Source: Klebsormidium nitens (Eukaryota; Plantae; Klebsormidiophyceae). From it: 64,000 nucleotides of DNA. A program made the translations under genes and the position numbers. Where the stretch lies: contig DF237238.1 in assembly GCA_000708835.1 (NCBI GenBank), positions 1 through 64,000 of the forward strand, given 5' to 3'. Positions 61,530-64,000 of this stretch are shown piece by piece. The number at the start of each line of letters is the position of its first letter. Positions within the stretch are counted from its first letter, which is position 1. Under the pieces are notes generated by a model that was given only the letters and a program-made list of their open reading frames with translations, searched no databases and was not told the origin of the DNA.

Positions 61530-64000
61530 ATGTGGCAGGGCTTAACGGGGTTGCGAGAGAATCTTGGGAAGGGGTTGCAGGAATTTAAGAAGGAGGCTTT
61601 ACGGGAGAGCTCGACATTGATTCGGGAGGTCAGCAAAGTGGGGCCGGCGCTGATCAAGGAGAACGCCTTGGGCGACAGTAGCGAGCAAGAAAATGAGAAG
61701 GAAGAGGTGGCACACTCTTCCAGCATTCAAAATGTACGTAGCCTCTCTTCTTTGCACACAGACTGCAGAGCTCGTGCTTGCACACCCTGTAGAGAGGGTG
61801 TAATCTTGATGCTCCCTGATTTTCCCTGCAGATACATGTTCTGCTGTGCTTTGCTAAGAGCAATTGTATGTGAAGCTTGTGTGGAATGCACTCACAGATT
61901 ATGGCCGTGGAATCATGTTTGACGCACATCTTTGGACCTGCAGAAAGCTGAAAATGCGGATGGTGAGGCTCTCGGGCCAGATTCTGAAGGCTGGGACAAT
62001 GGCTGGGACGAAGGCGAGCACTCGGAGGAGGTGCCCCCAGAGAGGACTACGCACAACCCTCAATCGGAAGACACCCACAAAGTGGCCAATGAGTTTGCCG
62101 AGAACCATGCCGGAGTGAATGGAGTTGCAGAGGAAGGAAGCTTTGTGGAACTGGACATCCATGCCAGTCACACGGGTGCCCTGCAAGACAATGAGGACGG
62201 CGATGACGGCCAACATTCCCTTGCCGATGCCTCCTCCAGCAGGTCCGCCTCTACAACCCCAAAAGCTTTTGGAATGTCCGACGAGCGCAGAGATACGGAG
62301 CCACAAGAGGACCCTGAACTGGCGGGTGACTCTCCGATGGCTGCGGCGATCACCTCGAAACAGCTGGGAGAGGTCACGGGGCAGCGCGACCGGTTGGCGG
62401 AGCGTCTGGATGTGATGGAGGACGAGCTGGAGGCTGCAAAGGCGCATCAGGCCAGCCTGGAGGCCGCGCTGCAGGCGGCTCGGAAAGAGGCGGCGGTGGC
62501 GGTCGAAGAGAGGAACGCGGCGGAGGCGAAGGCGACGCGGCAGGAGATGGAGGCCGCGGCGGCGAGGAAGAAGCAAGAGGCACTGGAGGGGAAGGTGAAG
62601 GCGCTGGCGGGAGGGCTGGAGCAGCGGATGCAGGGACTGAGGCAGGAGCTCGAGGTGAGTGGCGCAGATGCCTCGGCACGGCCAGCGACCATGCAAGATG
62701 CTTGCTGGACCAGCCGCCTGCTGCATCTCTGTAGTGTGTTTGCCGCTGTGCCCCTTTTCTGAGGATGCAAGCACTTCTCGAAGTTGGCAAATCAGCAGCT
62801 CAGCTTTCTTTCTGGGCCTAGCAGTCCTTGATTCCGAGGGTTCCAAGCTGCCCTGGCAGAGCTTTTACTCTGGATCTGGCCAGGCTTGTGTTTGTTCTTG
62901 ATGGGAAATGCTGTTTCTGCGCTCTCAGACGCGGACTTCGGAGCTGGTGGCCTCGCGAGCGGAGGTGGCGGAAGCGCGCAGCGCCTTTGACGAGGTGAAG
63001 GCCATGTTGGAGGAGAGCAGCTCCGAGCGGGAGCGCCTGGGGGAGGAGCTGGCGCAGCTCAAGGGGCAATGGCAGCAGGCCAAAGACGAAGCAGCCAAGT
63101 ACAAGCACGAGGTAAACAGTTTGTGCATGTGGCAGAGGCTTAGCGCTGATCACCTTCTCGCCAAGTGTGCTTGGCCTGGCTGTCTGGCGGGAGATTCGAC
63201 CGTACTAAGTGTCCCTTTCGGATTCATATTATCTTGGATGCTAAGCCACAGCAAGTTGCTTGGGACAATCTGTTGCTGTGTTGCCAGGTCAAATCAAAGT
63301 GTCCCTAAATTGCGTTCCTCTTCATTTTGCAGGCGGAAGGTGCGAGGCGCGAGATTGCAGAGAGCGTCGCTGAGCTGTCGGAGGTGCGGGCGGACCTGTG
63401 GGCCACGGTGGGTGCGCTGCATGGATGAAAGTCGGATTGCTTGCATAGATCTCTTGTGAGCTCTTTGTCGAGTGGACATGTAGGAAGTGTATTCCTATGG
63501 ACCCATAACCGTTTCTTCTGCACTTATGCCGAGTTTGACTTCAGAAGATTGGGTTCTGAGGATAGGAGACCTGCAAATGCAACGGCCGATTCGAAACGCC
63601 CTCAGTGGGAACCAAGAAAACCGAGAGAGCGACTCGATTTCTCCTCTCTCTGATGGGAATCGGCCCCGCTTGCTTGCAGAAGGAGGCGGCCAAAGGGAAT
63701 GCTCTTGGGGAGGACGAGCGCGCCAGCTTGGAGGCCGCCCTCAAGGCTGTCTCCGCCTCTGCTCAGACGGCCGCCGCCGAAGCCGGGGCTTGGAAAGTGC
63801 GAGCAGAGACGGCAGAGGAGCAGGTCAGCGCTTGATCAGAGATCAGCGCATTCCAACTAAATGTGCAATAATGGTTGCGTCTGTCTGGGACGATTTTCGC
63901 ACACGTGCTTCAGGAAAGTCCGGACACTTCCGGCCTTTGGGTTGTACAGGCAGGGACATGGACTCTTTGGTGGGCGCCAATTGGTCAAGTCCGTCCTGCT
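61530..64000 (+). CDS. Long coiled-coil (golgin-like) protein, 5' part; continues beyond the window
   Basis: MWQGLTGLRENLGKGLQEF start, acidic linker, then heptad-rich exons (LAERLDVMEDELEAAKAHQASLEAALQAARKE..., LEESSSERERLGEELAQLKGQW...) separated by GT-AG introns. Confidence 0.65.

Overview
Eukaryotic genomic DNA with GT-AG introns and plant-type genes, most consistent with a streptophyte alga such as Klebsormidium (inference). The left ~24 kb is accessory DNA. It holds a ~1,400-codon, 9-exon minus-strand gene fusing an AEP/PrimPol-type primase, a Cys/His segment and a UL9-like (origin-binding protein) SF2 helicase, interrupted by one in-frame TGA. Downstream of that gene lie a stand-alone HIRAN-like ORF and a further intronless ORF running off the left edge. 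Upstream and divergent lie two tandem copies of a small phage/giant-virus-like gene (one frameshifted), then a 3.6-kb array of ~15 complete (plus partial) 53-57-bp imperfect palindromes, each preceded by a GC-rich motif. Inverted copies of the same repeat sit in the helicase gene's introns. An intact 8-exon Crinkler-type restriction-endonuclease-fold gene follows. From ~24 kb the window is ordinary host DNA: a bZIP-like gene, prenylcysteine oxidase/farnesylcysteine lyase, a thioredoxin-like protein, an MTH1/NUDT1-type Nudix hydrolase, a small coiled-coil protein, ATXR3/SDG2 (here with CCHC knuckles and a bromodomain), a UTr7-like nucleotide-sugar transporter, a PIF/Harbinger-like MITE spanning a gap, and the 5' part of a golgin-like gene. 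The best novel-system candidate is the primase-helicase + HIRAN + palindrome-array module, which reads like a replicon (replicase plus repeated origin) of an unclassified mobile element or endogenous virus. Exon coordinates were derived by hand from splice signals and phase; no database search was run.
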